NCBI GenBank assembly: GCA_022340745.1
Contig: JAJDNL010000133.1
Coordinates: 5,315 to 69,314 of the forward strand
Length of the DNA: 64,000 bases
Source: Deltaproteobacteria bacterium
Lineage (GTDB): Bacteria > Desulfobacterota > Syntrophobacteria > BM002
Direction: 5' to 3'
This document shows positions 8,606 through 17,427 of this stretch, in pieces (within the stretch, counting starts at the first letter, position 1; each line of letters begins with the position of its first letter). A program made the position numbers and the translations under genes. The notes under the pieces are model-generated. The model ran no database searches. It was not told where the DNA came from and saw only the letters and a list, made by a program, of their open reading frames with translations.

Positions 8606-10870
8606 TCAAGAGTATGGTGACATCCCTCTACCAGTAGTGGAAACCCACTGTCGGAATACCCTCACGTACTTTTCCACCTCTGGGTCTTGCCACAGTTCTT
8701 CCAGTGTATAGTTCATCTTTGTGGACCAATTGGAATGCTCTGTGACTGTTCCAGGCACATTCTGTTGCCGGGTATCCCTGAACAAGTCCTCTTGACTTAT
8801 AACCACCAACTTTGCCGGGGTTGACAACAAGAAACCGATGATACCGCTGTGAAGTTCATCGCTTATTTCAGCTTGCAACGCCAAATCGTTACCCACTTCC
8901 GTCCCCAGGAAACCCGAGGCGGTAAGTCGTTGGACGATCTCCTCTTTTTCGTGCGTCCGTCTCTGCAAAGCAGCATGAAATTGATCTTCGCTGGGGAAAA
9001 GGCCCAAACTGTTACGCAAGGAAAGATCTTCTCCTGTCCAAAATCCTGCCAGGGTGGGAAGATCGTGGGTGCTCACCGCAGCCAGAGCGTAGGGCGGATA
9101 CGATCCCGGGTCCCTCAAACCACCCTGGTCGTCTCTTTCAAAGTAGAAAAGGCGGTAGGAGAATATACGGAAATACGCTAAGACATCCCTTACCTGAGGA
9201 GGAACCGTGCCCAGATCCTCGCCAATGATTAGGGTCTTGGCTCGGTCACTTTCAAGCGCCAAGATTTTAAGGAGATCCTGGTAGTAGTCTTCCACATAGG
9301 TTCCATTCTTCGCTCGCTGTCCTTGAATGATCCAGAAGAGACGAAAAAACCTCATTATGTGATCAATTCTTAGTGCCCCAGCCGCTTGACAGTTCTTTCT
9401 GATCTCTTGAACGAACAGGGAGTAGCCGTCGCTGCGGTACTTTTCTCTGTGGGGCGGATGAAAGCCCCAGTCCTGACCTTCAAGGGCAAAATCATCAGGT
9501 GGTGCCCCCACCGTGACTCCCGGAACAAAGAAATCCGAGTAGGCCCAGTTGTCGGCCCCGCCAGGGTCACTACCCAAAGCAAGGTCGTGGTAAAGACCAA
9601 CACTTGCTCCCATTGATTGAGCCAGATCCTGTGCTTCCTTCAGTTGCTCCTCCACCTGCCATTGCAAGTACTTATGGAAAAGTATACTTTGCCAGTGGTT
9701 TTGTTGAAACTCTTGCACCTCCTGAGATGCAGGGTTCTGAAAAGGCTCCGGCCATTGCCTCCAGGCCCATGCATCAGGGGCCTTCTGACGAAAAGAATCC
9801 TCAAGGGCGCAGAAGGTAGCGAAATAGTCTAACAAGGCGGTTTCCTTTTGGAGGTAAGCTTGAAATTGCCGGGAGTGTTCCGTCATACCTGCCTTGTCGA
9901 GCCAATGGACATCAAGAAATGTTTGGAATACCCTCTCGAGCACTTGGAGTTTCAAGGTGGCCACTCGCTCGTACTGCACCAACTCAGAGGCGCGAAGGTC
10001 GGCCAGTAGATTCTGGGTCGCTGCAGCCTGCACAAACTCATTTGCCGCGGGAGAAGAGCGAAAATCCTCCATCGCGGCAATATCGAGATAGATATAATTT
10101 CGATAAAATCGGCTGGAGGGAAAATAGGGACTGATGTTGTAAGGCTGCCGATTGGGGATGGCGTGCAGAGGATTCAGGCCGATCACATCCACGTGGAGAG
10201 AGCCGATTGCCCAGCGAATGAATTCCTTGAGGTCACCAAAGTCTCCCACCCCCCAATTGTGTTGCGAGCGAAGGCCATACAGAGAAATGGCTATTCCGGC
10301 TCTCTTACCATCTCCTTGGAGAGCCGGCGGCAGATAGGCCTGCCCTGGACAAATAGCAACCAGAGTTGTTTGTTGATGCTTGTGGTTATCATATGCAACA
10401 GTAAGTTTGAAATGGTAATAGCCAGTGGACAGTGCAGTGGGGAAAGGAAAGGACCAGCACTCATAGGTGATGTCATCAAGCTGGTGATCCTTTTTGAAGT
10501 TCAGCTGTTCTAAATGATAGGAGTGGTTGATTGGGGAGGTGTTTTCGCCGGTAATCTCCAACCGAACCTGAAGTTTCTTCTCCGCCACTGCGCCGGGAGA
10601 ACTGTTGGATGGAACTTGAAAAAGAAAATCGGCGGGTAGTTGATTGATTGATACCACCAGTACCGGTGGGGCTAGTTGATTCCAGGCACGATGTTCTACA
10701 TCCCGTAAAACCTCTCGCGGATTGCTGACATCCACTCCCATGGCCCCCAGCAGCAGTTCCAGTGTCTCAGGTGCAACGGTATAGGTATTACCCCAGATGT
10801 CCGAATAAGACGGCTGGATTCCGAAGGCTGTTGCTAAGACCTCAATATCTACTTTTTCCTGTTCGACCAT
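8606..10870 (-). CDS. malQ: 4-alpha-glucanotransferase (amylomaltase, GH77) with N-terminal extension
   Basis: 754 aa. ..GVGDFGDLKEF..LHVDVIGLNPLH.. and GEDLGTVPPQVRD motifs of GH77. Confidence 0.85.
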   Translation of the reverse strand: MVEQEKVDIEVLATAFGIQPSYSDIWGNTYTVAPETLELLLGAMGVDVSNPREVLRDVEHRAWNQLAPPVLVVSINQLPADFLFQVPSNSSPGAVAEKKLQVRLEITGENTSPINHSYHLEQLNFKKDHQLDDITYECWSFPFPTALSTGYYHFKLTVAYDNHKHQQTTLVAICPGQAYLPPALQGDGKRAGIAISLYGLRSQHNWGVGDFGDLKEFIRWAIGSLHVDVIGLNPLHAIPNRQPYNISPYFPSSRFYRNYIYLDIAAMEDFRSSPAANEFVQAAATQNLLADLRASELVQYERVATLKLQVLERVFQTFLDVHWLDKAGMTEHSRQFQAYLQKETALLDYFATFCALEDSFRQKAPDAWAWRQWPEPFQNPASQEVQEFQQNHWQSILFHKYLQWQVEEQLKEAQDLAQSMGASVGLYHDLALGSDPGGADNWAYSDFFVPGVTVGAPPDDFALEGQDWGFHPPHREKYRSDGYSLFVQEIRKNCQAAGALRIDHIMRFFRLFWIIQGQRAKNGTYVEDYYQDLLKILALESDRAKTLIIGEDLGTVPPQVRDVLAYFRIFSYRLFYFERDDQGGLRDPGSYPPYALAAVSTHDLPTLAGFWTGEDLSLRNSLGLFPSEDQFHAALQRRTHEKEEIVQRLTASGFLGTEVGNDLALQAEISDELHSGIIGFLLSTPAKLVVISQEDLFRDTRQQNVPGTVTEHSNWSTKMNYTLEELWQDPEVEKYVRVFRQWVSTTGRGMSPYS

Positions 10871-10875
10871 ATTCT

Positions 10876-11040
10876 TTCAACATTGAAAACCTGGTCCTTA
10901 GAGCCAGGTCAGAGTTCAATGGCTTTGCCAGCAAAAGAGGTTTCAGTTTTCAGTTTTTTGTTTTTCTTTCCTGACACCTGACACCCGACACCTGACACCC
11001 TGAGTTTGGGTCCTTTGAGTCCGGATTCTTTACTAACTGC
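10876..11040 (+). repeat. REP-like dispersed element, family TTCGAAAACCTGGTCC..CCTGACACCTGACACC..CCGGATTCTTTACT (copy 1)
   Basis: ttcaacattgaaaacctggtccttagagccaggtcagagttcaatggctttgccagcaaaagaggtttcagt...cctgacacctgacacccgacacctgacaccctgag...ccggattctttact. It contains a CTGGTCC/GGACCAG-type hairpin. Seven copies in this window, all in the same orientation. Confidence 0.7.
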
Positions 11041-11053
11041 CAAGCTGTCCACA

Positions 11054-12700
11054 TTAGTTGTCAAATTTTGCGGCGATTGGCATTCTCCTACCCATTCCAA
11101 AGGCCTTGGAGGTAACCTTCAGTCCCGGAACTGCTTGCCTGCGCTTGTACTCGTTTCGGTCCACTGTTTGAATTACCCATTTGACTGTTTCAGGGTCGAA
11201 ATTGTGTTGGAGAAGGTCAGCCATGGAGTAATGCTCGTCCACGTAGTAGTGCAGAATTTCGTCCAGCACCTCATAGGGTGGGAGGGTGTCCTGATCGGTT
11301 TGATTTTCTCTCAATTCCGCTGAGGGCGATTTATTGACAATCTCCTCCGGAATTATGGTGGAGTCTCGATTTATGTACCGCGCCAGTTCGTACACCATTG
11401 TTTTGGGGACATCGGCAATAACACTCAGCCCGCCGCTCATATCGCCATACAAGGTGCAATAGCCAACTGCAAGTTCGCTCTTGTTGCCAGTGGAAAGCAC
11501 CAGATGGCCAAATTTGTTTGAAAGTGCCATGAGGATGTTGCCTCGAATCCTAGCCTGAAAGTTCTCTTCGGTGATGTCAGGTTCTCTCCCCTTGAAATGG
11601 TCCTGGAGGGACTTCATATAAGCCTCGTAGGCAGGAGAAATTGGTATGACTTCGAACCTGATAGCAAGGTTCTCCGCCAGCTTCCTCGAATCTTCGATGC
11701 TACCCGTTGAAGAGTAAGGTCCAGGCATGGTGACTGCGACAACGTTTTTAGCTCCAATTGCCTCTATGGCTATACAACAGGTCACCGCAGAGTCAATGCC
11801 GCCGGAGAGGCCAACAAGAGCCGAGGTGAAACCACATTTTCGCATGTAGTCCCGAACGCCCAAAACAAGCGCCTGATAAACACTTGCAATCTCTTCTTGG
11901 GGGACATACGAGTCTGGGATACCATCACGGTCCACAGAAATTGTCTGCACGTGCTCCTCGAAGGGAGGAAAAACCACAAAAGGATCACCCGCCCCATCTA
12001 CACCTACACTCCTGCCGTCAAAGATTAGCTCGTCGTTAGCACCCACCTGGTTAATGAAAAGAAATGGAATGCGGTGCTTGGTTGCATGGCTCCGGACAAT
12101 GTTGTATCTCAGCGTTTCTTTGCCTCGATAGAAAGGGGAAGCAGCAATATTAATAATCAGGTTCGCACCCTTTTCGGCCAGAACCTCGATAGGATCATAG
12201 GAATACGTGGGCAGGTGCCATAGGGCCGGGTCATTCCAGGCATCTTCACAGATGGATATTCCCAGGATCTTGTCCTTGAATTGTACTACCGGATCCTCCG
12301 TAGCTGGGTCAAAGTACCTAGGTTCGTCAAAAACGTCATAAGTAGGCAGCAGGGATTTGTGCTGAGTAAAGAGGATTCGGCCTTGATAAAGCAGCAGCGC
12401 TGAATTGTGTAGGCCTTTGCCGGTGGATTGCTGCCCAGGTTGAGGAGCGCCCACAATGATGCCCGTATGCGGGTACTTCTGCGAAACCTCAGAGAGCTCT
12501 CGGATTGCCTCGTTCGTCCTGGCGATAAAAGAAGGTCTCTCCAGGAGGTCCCTGGGTGGATAGCCGACGAGAAAGAGTTCCGGGAAAACAACCAGGTCGG
12601 GAGAGTCCTTCCTGCACTGTGATAGCGTCTGCGTTACCTTGGCCACATTGCCGCAAATATCGCCAACGGTCGGATTCAGTTGTGCCAGTGTAATTTTCAT
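11054..12700 (-). CDS. nadE: glutamine-dependent NAD+ synthetase (N-terminal nitrilase/CN-hydrolase domain plus NAD synthetase domain)
   Basis: MKITLAQLNP.. typical start (upstream ATG at 12721 also possible). PP-loop LVGLSGGIDSAV. Confidence 0.85.
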   Translation of the reverse strand: MKITLAQLNPTVGDICGNVAKVTQTLSQCRKDSPDLVVFPELFLVGYPPRDLLERPSFIARTNEAIRELSEVSQKYPHTGIIVGAPQPGQQSTGKGLHNSALLLYQGRILFTQHKSLLPTYDVFDEPRYFDPATEDPVVQFKDKILGISICEDAWNDPALWHLPTYSYDPIEVLAEKGANLIINIAASPFYRGKETLRYNIVRSHATKHRIPFLFINQVGANDELIFDGRSVGVDGAGDPFVVFPPFEEHVQTISVDRDGIPDSYVPQEEIASVYQALVLGVRDYMRKCGFTSALVGLSGGIDSAVTCCIAIEAIGAKNVVAVTMPGPYSSTGSIEDSRKLAENLAIRFEVIPISPAYEAYMKSLQDHFKGREPDITEENFQARIRGNILMALSNKFGHLVLSTGNKSELAVGYCTLYGDMSGGLSVIADVPKTMVYELARYINRDSTIIPEEIVNKSPSAELRENQTDQDTLPPYEVLDEILHYYVDEHYSMADLLQHNFDPETVKWVIQTVDRNEYKRRQAVPGLKVTSKAFGMGRRMPIAAKFDN

Positions 12701-12731
12701 TTTATTAGTCCACCCATGCAACCATTATTAC

Positions 12732-13340
12732 CTAATAACCAGATTCTTTGCCGGTCATACTTTCTATTTCAACCTTTATGATAACGGTGCTTTTCACGGC
12801 AGGCTCATCATATTCAAAAGATCTGCCTGCATAATGCTGCATAATTGCATCGAGTCCTTTTTTCTTCTCTTGGAGATTGTCAACCAGTGAACCCTTACCA
12901 AATGCTATAACACTGCGGTATTTCATGCCCCACTTGCACGGATTGTCGTCCTGAATGACCTTTTGGTCCAGGTCGAATTGAAGCTCCCTGCAGCAAGCTG
13001 CAAGGAATCTTCGACTGTAAGGAATTAGTCTATTTTATAAAGTTCGCTCGCTAACCCCGCAGCCCCGGCGACGGGATTTCCGCTCCGCTCCAACAAGCTG
13101 CGGGGAATGCGCTCGCTGGTTCAGTTCAACACAGACGTTGGGATTGTGTTGGAGTATCTCTAATTTCAAACCGTCGCCTGCGGAGTGAAAATAAAGCGTA
13201 TTATTGCTGTAAGCAAAACAGAGAGGAACAACATAGGGTTGATCATTTCTAGACATACCCAGACGACAAACCAATGAGTTGCCGATAACCTCTTCAATCA
13301 AGGCAGTATCGGCAATTTCTCTATCTTTCCTACGCATCAA
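12732..13340 (-). pseudogene. pyridoxamine 5'-phosphate oxidase-family (PNPOx-like FMN-binding) gene interrupted by an in-frame 141-nt repeat element carrying a TAA stop
   Basis: ORFs 13035..13340 (MMRRKDREIADTALIEEV..NPNVCVELNQ) and 12732..12926 (..KYRSVIAFGKGSLVDN..) are in the same frame. They are separated by 47 codons, including TAA at 13037..13035, that exactly span the repeat element. Deleting 12975..13115 gives ..NPNVCVELNQ|DLDQKVIQDDNPCKWGMKYRSVIAFGKG.., a normal PNPOx core. Confidence 0.6.
12975..13118 (+). mobile_element. ~140 bp two-hairpin intergenic element, copy A (MITE-like or structured RNA; inserted in PNPOx gene)
   Basis: gaattgaagct-CCCTGCAGcaagCTGCAAGG-gaatcttcga..gttcgctcgctaa-CCCCGCAGC..GCTGCGGGG-aatgcgctcgctg. 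Copies at 16228..16373 and 24223..24350 share the flanks. The hairpin stems differ between copies with compensatory changes. Confidence 0.65.
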
Positions 13341-13343
13341 CTC

Positions 13344-14345
13344 CTACCTCCCCAAATCCACAATCACTCTCCCTTTCTGCTTTCCAGCCAGGATGCGATC
13401 TATTTCGGAGTCCAGCTCTTCTAAGGAGCACACGGAAGTCTGCCTATCCAGGTTGTCCAGTTTCCACTCACTGGCAATTTTTTCCCATGTTCGGCGCCGA
13501 AAGGTCATTGGAAAGCTCTGGGAATCAATGCCCACAAGAGAGATACCCCTCAAGATGAAGGGATAGACGTTAATATGCAAGTCAGGCGATGCCACATTGC
13601 CGCAGCAGGTAACCGCGCCGTGGAGTTTGGTGGATCTGATGGCTGTTGATAGGATCTCACCCCCTACCGCGTCTACTACCCCAGCCCAACGGCCTTTCAA
13701 AAGGGGCTTTCCCGAGGTGTCTGTCGCCTCAGCTCTGGAGATGACTTCTTTGGCGCCAAGATCGACAAGAAACTGCTTCTCATCCATCTTTCCGGTTACT
13801 GCAATCACTTGATAGCCTATTCTGGCAAGCATTGCCACGGCAAAACTCCCAACTCCACCGGTGGCTCCTGTAACCAATATCTCTCCCTGATCGGGAGTGA
13901 TGCCATGCTCTTGGAGCTTAAAGATGCAAAATCCGGCCGTAAGACCGGCTGAACCATATGCCATGCTTTCTTTTGGTGAGAGATTCTCCGGAAGCGGCAC
14001 CACCCAACCGGCCGGTACTCTAATGTATTGTCCAAAACCACCTGGGGTGTTCATACCAAGATCATAACTGGTGACAATTACCTGGTCCCCAGGCTGAAAC
14101 GCTTCACTATGGCTTTCTTCTACAACACCGGCGGCATCTACTCCCGGCGTGTGTGGATAATGCTTGGTGACCCCCCTGTGACCAGTGGCTGAAAGTCCGT
14201 CTTTGTAATTTAGTGATGAATAGTGAACCCGGATCAATACTTCACCTGCTGGCAAATCATCCAGTGATTTCTCGGCAATCCGCCTGGTATATGTGCCAGC
14301 CGCTGTTTCTTGCACTACCATGGCTTTGAAAGGTTTACTGTCCAT
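13344..14345 (-). CDS. YhdH/YhfP-family MDR quinone oxidoreductase (AcuI-like)
   Basis: 333 aa. ..GEVLIRVHYSSLNYKDGLS.. and a GG..G Rossmann motif, typical of the YhdH family. Confidence 0.75.
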   Translation of the reverse strand: MDSKPFKAMVVQETAAGTYTRRIAEKSLDDLPAGEVLIRVHYSSLNYKDGLSATGHRGVTKHYPHTPGVDAAGVVEESHSEAFQPGDQVIVTSYDLGMNTPGGFGQYIRVPAGWVVPLPENLSPKESMAYGSAGLTAGFCIFKLQEHGITPDQGEILVTGATGGVGSFAVAMLARIGYQVIAVTGKMDEKQFLVDLGAKEVISRAEATDTSGKPLLKGRWAGVVDAVGGEILSTAIRSTKLHGAVTCCGNVASPDLHINVYPFILRGISLVGIDSQSFPMTFRRRTWEKIASEWKLDNLDRQTSVCSLEELDSEIDRILAGKQKGRVIVDLGR

Positions 14346-14594
14346 AGTTATCTTCCCTTTCGATTACAGATCCTCTCGCCAGATAAGTCTAACATGAGCT
14401 TATTCTCGCTTCCCGTTGCAGTCAAGAAGTAAGTATGTAGATGAGCTTTCAGCAATCGGCGCTCAGCGCTCAGCGGTCAGTGAACAACAATCAGGAGTGT
14501 ATCATTGGAATGCTGTAAAAATGGATAACCTCTTAGGGATGGGTACAGGAAGAAAGGCGTAGACTACTGCAGACCGCTCTAAAGAAAACGGGAC

Positions 14595-14662
14595 TAGCCC
14601 CTAACCCCAAACTTCCCTCTCCCCTGGGGGAGAGGGTTAGGGTGAGGGGGATATTTTTTGAA
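14595..14662. terminator. GC-rich extended hairpin with T-run, possible bidirectional terminator between convergent/tandem genes
   Basis: cccctaacccc..CCCTCTCCCC-tgg-GGGAGAGGG-ttagggtgaggggg-atatttttt. A 9-bp perfect stem inside a longer imperfect palindrome. T6 on plus. Confidence 0.4.
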
Positions 14663-14700
14663 AGATTCTGGAAGTTCCGACCTTAGGCCGGAGAGATTAA

Positions 14701-15801
14701 CTAAGGTTTTAGCAGAATTTTTCCGAATAACCCTTTTCCGGTGAGCATCTTTGTGTGGGCTTCTGCTGCCTCTTCAAAGGGATACACTGAGTCAATTGCA
14801 GCCTTTATCTTCCCCTGAGACATCCAGTAGAATCCCTGTTCTACCTCTGCCTTTGTGCCCTGACTTGAGCCAAGGATGTTGGTTCCTTTGAAGAAGATAT
14901 GTCTTAGGTCTGCTTTGGCATCGTAGCCTGTGGTGGCGCCGCATTGAACCAGGGTTCCGCCATATTTGAGCAGAGTAAGCTGCTTGTTGAAGTGGGTCTC
15001 GCCGATGTGATCAAAAGATACATCGATTCCCGGAGATACCCCAGTCTTTTGAGAGATTTCCTTGGACAAACCCCGGACTTCCTTGTGCCAGTCATCCTTC
15101 CTATGATCCACGGCGTAATCGGCACCAAGTTCGAGACATCTGTCTAGTTTATCAGGACTCGCTGTTGCAATCACCGTACAGTTGTAGAGTTTCGCAATCT
15201 GGATTCCAAAGCTACCAACACCGGAACCCCCTCCCATTACCAGTACGGTTTGTCCTGGTTTAATCTTGGCCCTGCCTACAAGCATGTGCCAGGAAGTGAG
15301 CAGGGTCATTGAGGCTGCCGCCGCCTCATCGAAGCTGACGTTATCTGGAATCTTGATGACGTTTACTTCCGGAAGATGGGTAATCTCCGAAAACCCACCC
15401 CACAGGGGGCCGGTCTCGAAACCCCAGATCGTCCGCTTATTACAGTCATACTCACGACCGTCAGTACAGGCAGAACAAACTCGGCATGACATATTAGAGT
15501 GGGATACAACTCTGTCCCCAACGTTGATTCTGGCTACATCCTCCCCCACGGCGATTACTTCACCGGCTGCATCAGAGCCTGAAATGTGGGGCAACGGGAC
15601 CGGTATGGGAGTTCCTCTCATTCCCCAAATATCGTTGTAATTCAATGCAGCTGCTTTGACTTGAAAAACTACCTCGTTTGGTTTTGGTTTTGGATCGTCT
15701 ACATCTTTTACCTGCAAGATGCGCTTAAAATCATCATCCGGAGCATACTCTTCGTAAACCACAGCTTTCATCTGTGCTTCTCCTTTCTTTGTTTCATTCA
15801 A
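14701..15801 (-). CDS. zinc-binding MDR-superfamily dehydrogenase / enoyl reductase (crotonyl-CoA reductase-like)
   Basis: 366 aa. ..AAALNYNDIWGMRG.. and GGGSGVGS nucleotide-binding motif. Probable true start MKAVVYEEY (15771). Confidence 0.65.
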   Translation of the reverse strand: MNETKKGEAQMKAVVYEEYAPDDDFKRILQVKDVDDPKPKPNEVVFQVKAAALNYNDIWGMRGTPIPVPLPHISGSDAAGEVIAVGEDVARINVGDRVVSHSNMSCRVCSACTDGREYDCNKRTIWGFETGPLWGGFSEITHLPEVNVIKIPDNVSFDEAAAASMTLLTSWHMLVGRAKIKPGQTVLVMGGGSGVGSFGIQIAKLYNCTVIATASPDKLDRCLELGADYAVDHRKDDWHKEVRGLSKEISQKTGVSPGIDVSFDHIGETHFNKQLTLLKYGGTLVQCGATTGYDAKADLRHIFFKGTNILGSSQGTKAEVEQGFYWMSQGKIKAAIDSVYPFEEAAEAHTKMLTGKGLFGKILLKP

Positions 15802-15872
15802 AATCAGAAATTTATTCCTCAGGGCCAGTCCACGATCCCGCCCTGCGGGGGTCAGAGTTCAATGGCCTCGAG
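15797..15872 (+). repeat. REP-like element (copy 2, partial) overlapping start codon of the MDR gene
   Basis: ttcattcaaaatcagaaatttattcctcagggccagtccacgatcccgccctgcgggggtcagagttcaatggc. Confidence 0.55.
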
Positions 15873-16227
15873 GGTAAAGATTGCGACCTGTTCTGGAGCA
15901 CTGGAGCACGTATGATTTATGATTGCAGATTGAGGTGTATGCACTCTTCTCCGGTTGGTCTAAAGCTTTTAAATCTAAAATCTGCATTCTAAAATCTAAA
16001 ATCACTGAACTCCATGACTCTAGCAGATTTCCGCAAGCGGGGGAAGAGCATTCAAGCTCCCTCCTTGATACGCCATAGTCACGCCCTAGCCTGACGACTG
16101 CGGTAGGGGCCAGCCCCAAGGCTTTCCCTTTGTGCCGGATTCTTTACTAATCTATGCACCAATACGTTTTCATATCCTTGCAAGGAAGTATGAAAACTGG
16201 CATGATTACAGCCTATATGAGGATACA

Positions 16228-16373
16228 AATTGAAGCTTTCTGCAGTCCCGCTACAGCGGGACAGGGAATCTTCGAAAGGTAAGGAAGTGATTCCATTTTA
16301 TTGTAGCTCGCTCGCTAACCCCGTCCGCCTCCGGCGGACTACGGGGAATACGCTCGCTGTAGCATTTTCAAAT
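16228..16373 (+). repeat. two-hairpin element copy B, 28 nt upstream of UbiA-family gene
   Basis: aattgaagctttc-TGCAG-TCCCGCTacAGCGGGA-caggg-aatcttcgaaaggtaaggaagtgattccattttattgtagctcgctcgctaa-CCCCGTCCGCCtccGGCGGACtACGGGG-aatacgctcgctgtagcattttcaaa. The ORF track 16230 start is read-through of this element. Confidence 0.65.
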
Positions 16374-16400
16374 ATCCATTCTCAAAGGAGCTCCACTTCG

Positions 16401-17303
16401 ATGAGTAATACCCTGAGAGCGGTGATATTTGGCCCCATGCGTTTACCCTTTCTCATCCTGACTCCGGCATGTGTAATGCTGGGTGCAGCCACCGCAGCTT
16501 GGTCAGGATCTGAACTCAAGCTGTATTATCTTGCTCTTACATTTGCCGGTGCGTTGGCGGCCCACATAAGCGTTAATGCCCTGAATGAGTACGATGATTG
16601 TAAAAGTGGTCTTGATTTCAATACCCAACGCACTCCCTTCAGCGGCGGCAGCGGCACCCTGCCCCAGAGCCCTGACAAGGCCCATGTAGCACTGATTACC
16701 GGTCTCTGCAGCCTGGTTGTCACGGCTATTGTGGGCCTGTACTTTCTCTCTATCCGGGGACTGTGGCTTTTACCCGTGGGCCTTGTCGGCCTGGTGATTA
16801 TAGTTGTCTATACAAAGTGGATTACCAAAAACGCCGTTTTCTGTTTAGTAGCGCCCGGGCTTGGTTTTGGCCCCTTGATGGTAATGGGAACTGACTTCGC
16901 TTTAAGTGGTTCCTATTCGTGGACCTCATTTGTAGCTTCCCTGGTTCCATTTTTCCTAGTGAGTAATTTATTGCTACTCAACCAGTTTCCAGATGTGGAA
17001 GCGGATAGAGGGGTGGGCAGGCACCATTTCCCCATCGCCATCGGCAGAGAGGCCAGTGTAAGATTATACGTGTTATTCCTTGCAGGTGCCTATCTGGCGG
17101 TTATCTTCGGTTATATAAGCGGCTGCCTTCCGCTGGCAGGCTTCTTGGCCCTTGGCTCACTTATCATTGCCGTTCCTACTGTCAAGGGTATCGCCAGGTT
17201 CGCAGAAGATATGGACAGCCTGATACCCTATATGGGCAGGAATGTCGTAGTAATCATTTTGACGCCGGTGTTGCTTGCTATTGGTCTCTTTATTTCGTCT
17301 TAG
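16401..17303 (+). CDS. UbiA-family prenyltransferase (MenA/UbiA-like, menaquinone-type)
   Basis: N..NEYDDCKSGLD Asp-rich motif, about 8 TM helices. SD AAGGAG before ATG 16401. Confidence 0.75.
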   Translation: MSNTLRAVIFGPMRLPFLILTPACVMLGAATAAWSGSELKLYYLALTFAGALAAHISVNALNEYDDCKSGLDFNTQRTPFSGGSGTLPQSPDKAHVALITGLCSLVVTAIVGLYFLSIRGLWLLPVGLVGLVIIVVYTKWITKNAVFCLVAPGLGFGPLMVMGTDFALSGSYSWTSFVASLVPFFLVSNLLLLNQFPDVEADRGVGRHHFPIAIGREASVRLYVLFLAGAYLAVIFGYISGCLPLAGFLALGSLIIAVPTVKGIARFAEDMDSLIPYMGRNVVVIILTPVLLAIGLFISS

Positions 17304-17365
17304 AAAACCTTGTCCTCAGGGCGAGACTAAATCGCATAGAGCATGGCGCATAGAGCATAGCGCAC
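17299..17365 (+). repeat. REP-like element (copy 3, short variant)
   Basis: tcttagaaaaccttgtcctcagggcgagactaaatcgcatagagcatggcgcatagagcatagcgcac. Confidence 0.5.
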
Positions 17366-17427
17366 AAATCCAGGGATTCGTGACATTGAAACTTTTTTGC
17401 TTTGCGCTCTGCGCCAAGCGCTTTGCT

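Noticed and set aside
16230-16400. ORF-track N-terminus of the UbiA-family ORF (MKLSAVPLQRDRESSKGKEV...)
   Set aside because: These 57 codons are read-through of repeat-element copy B. The true start is ATG 16401 with SD AAGGAG.
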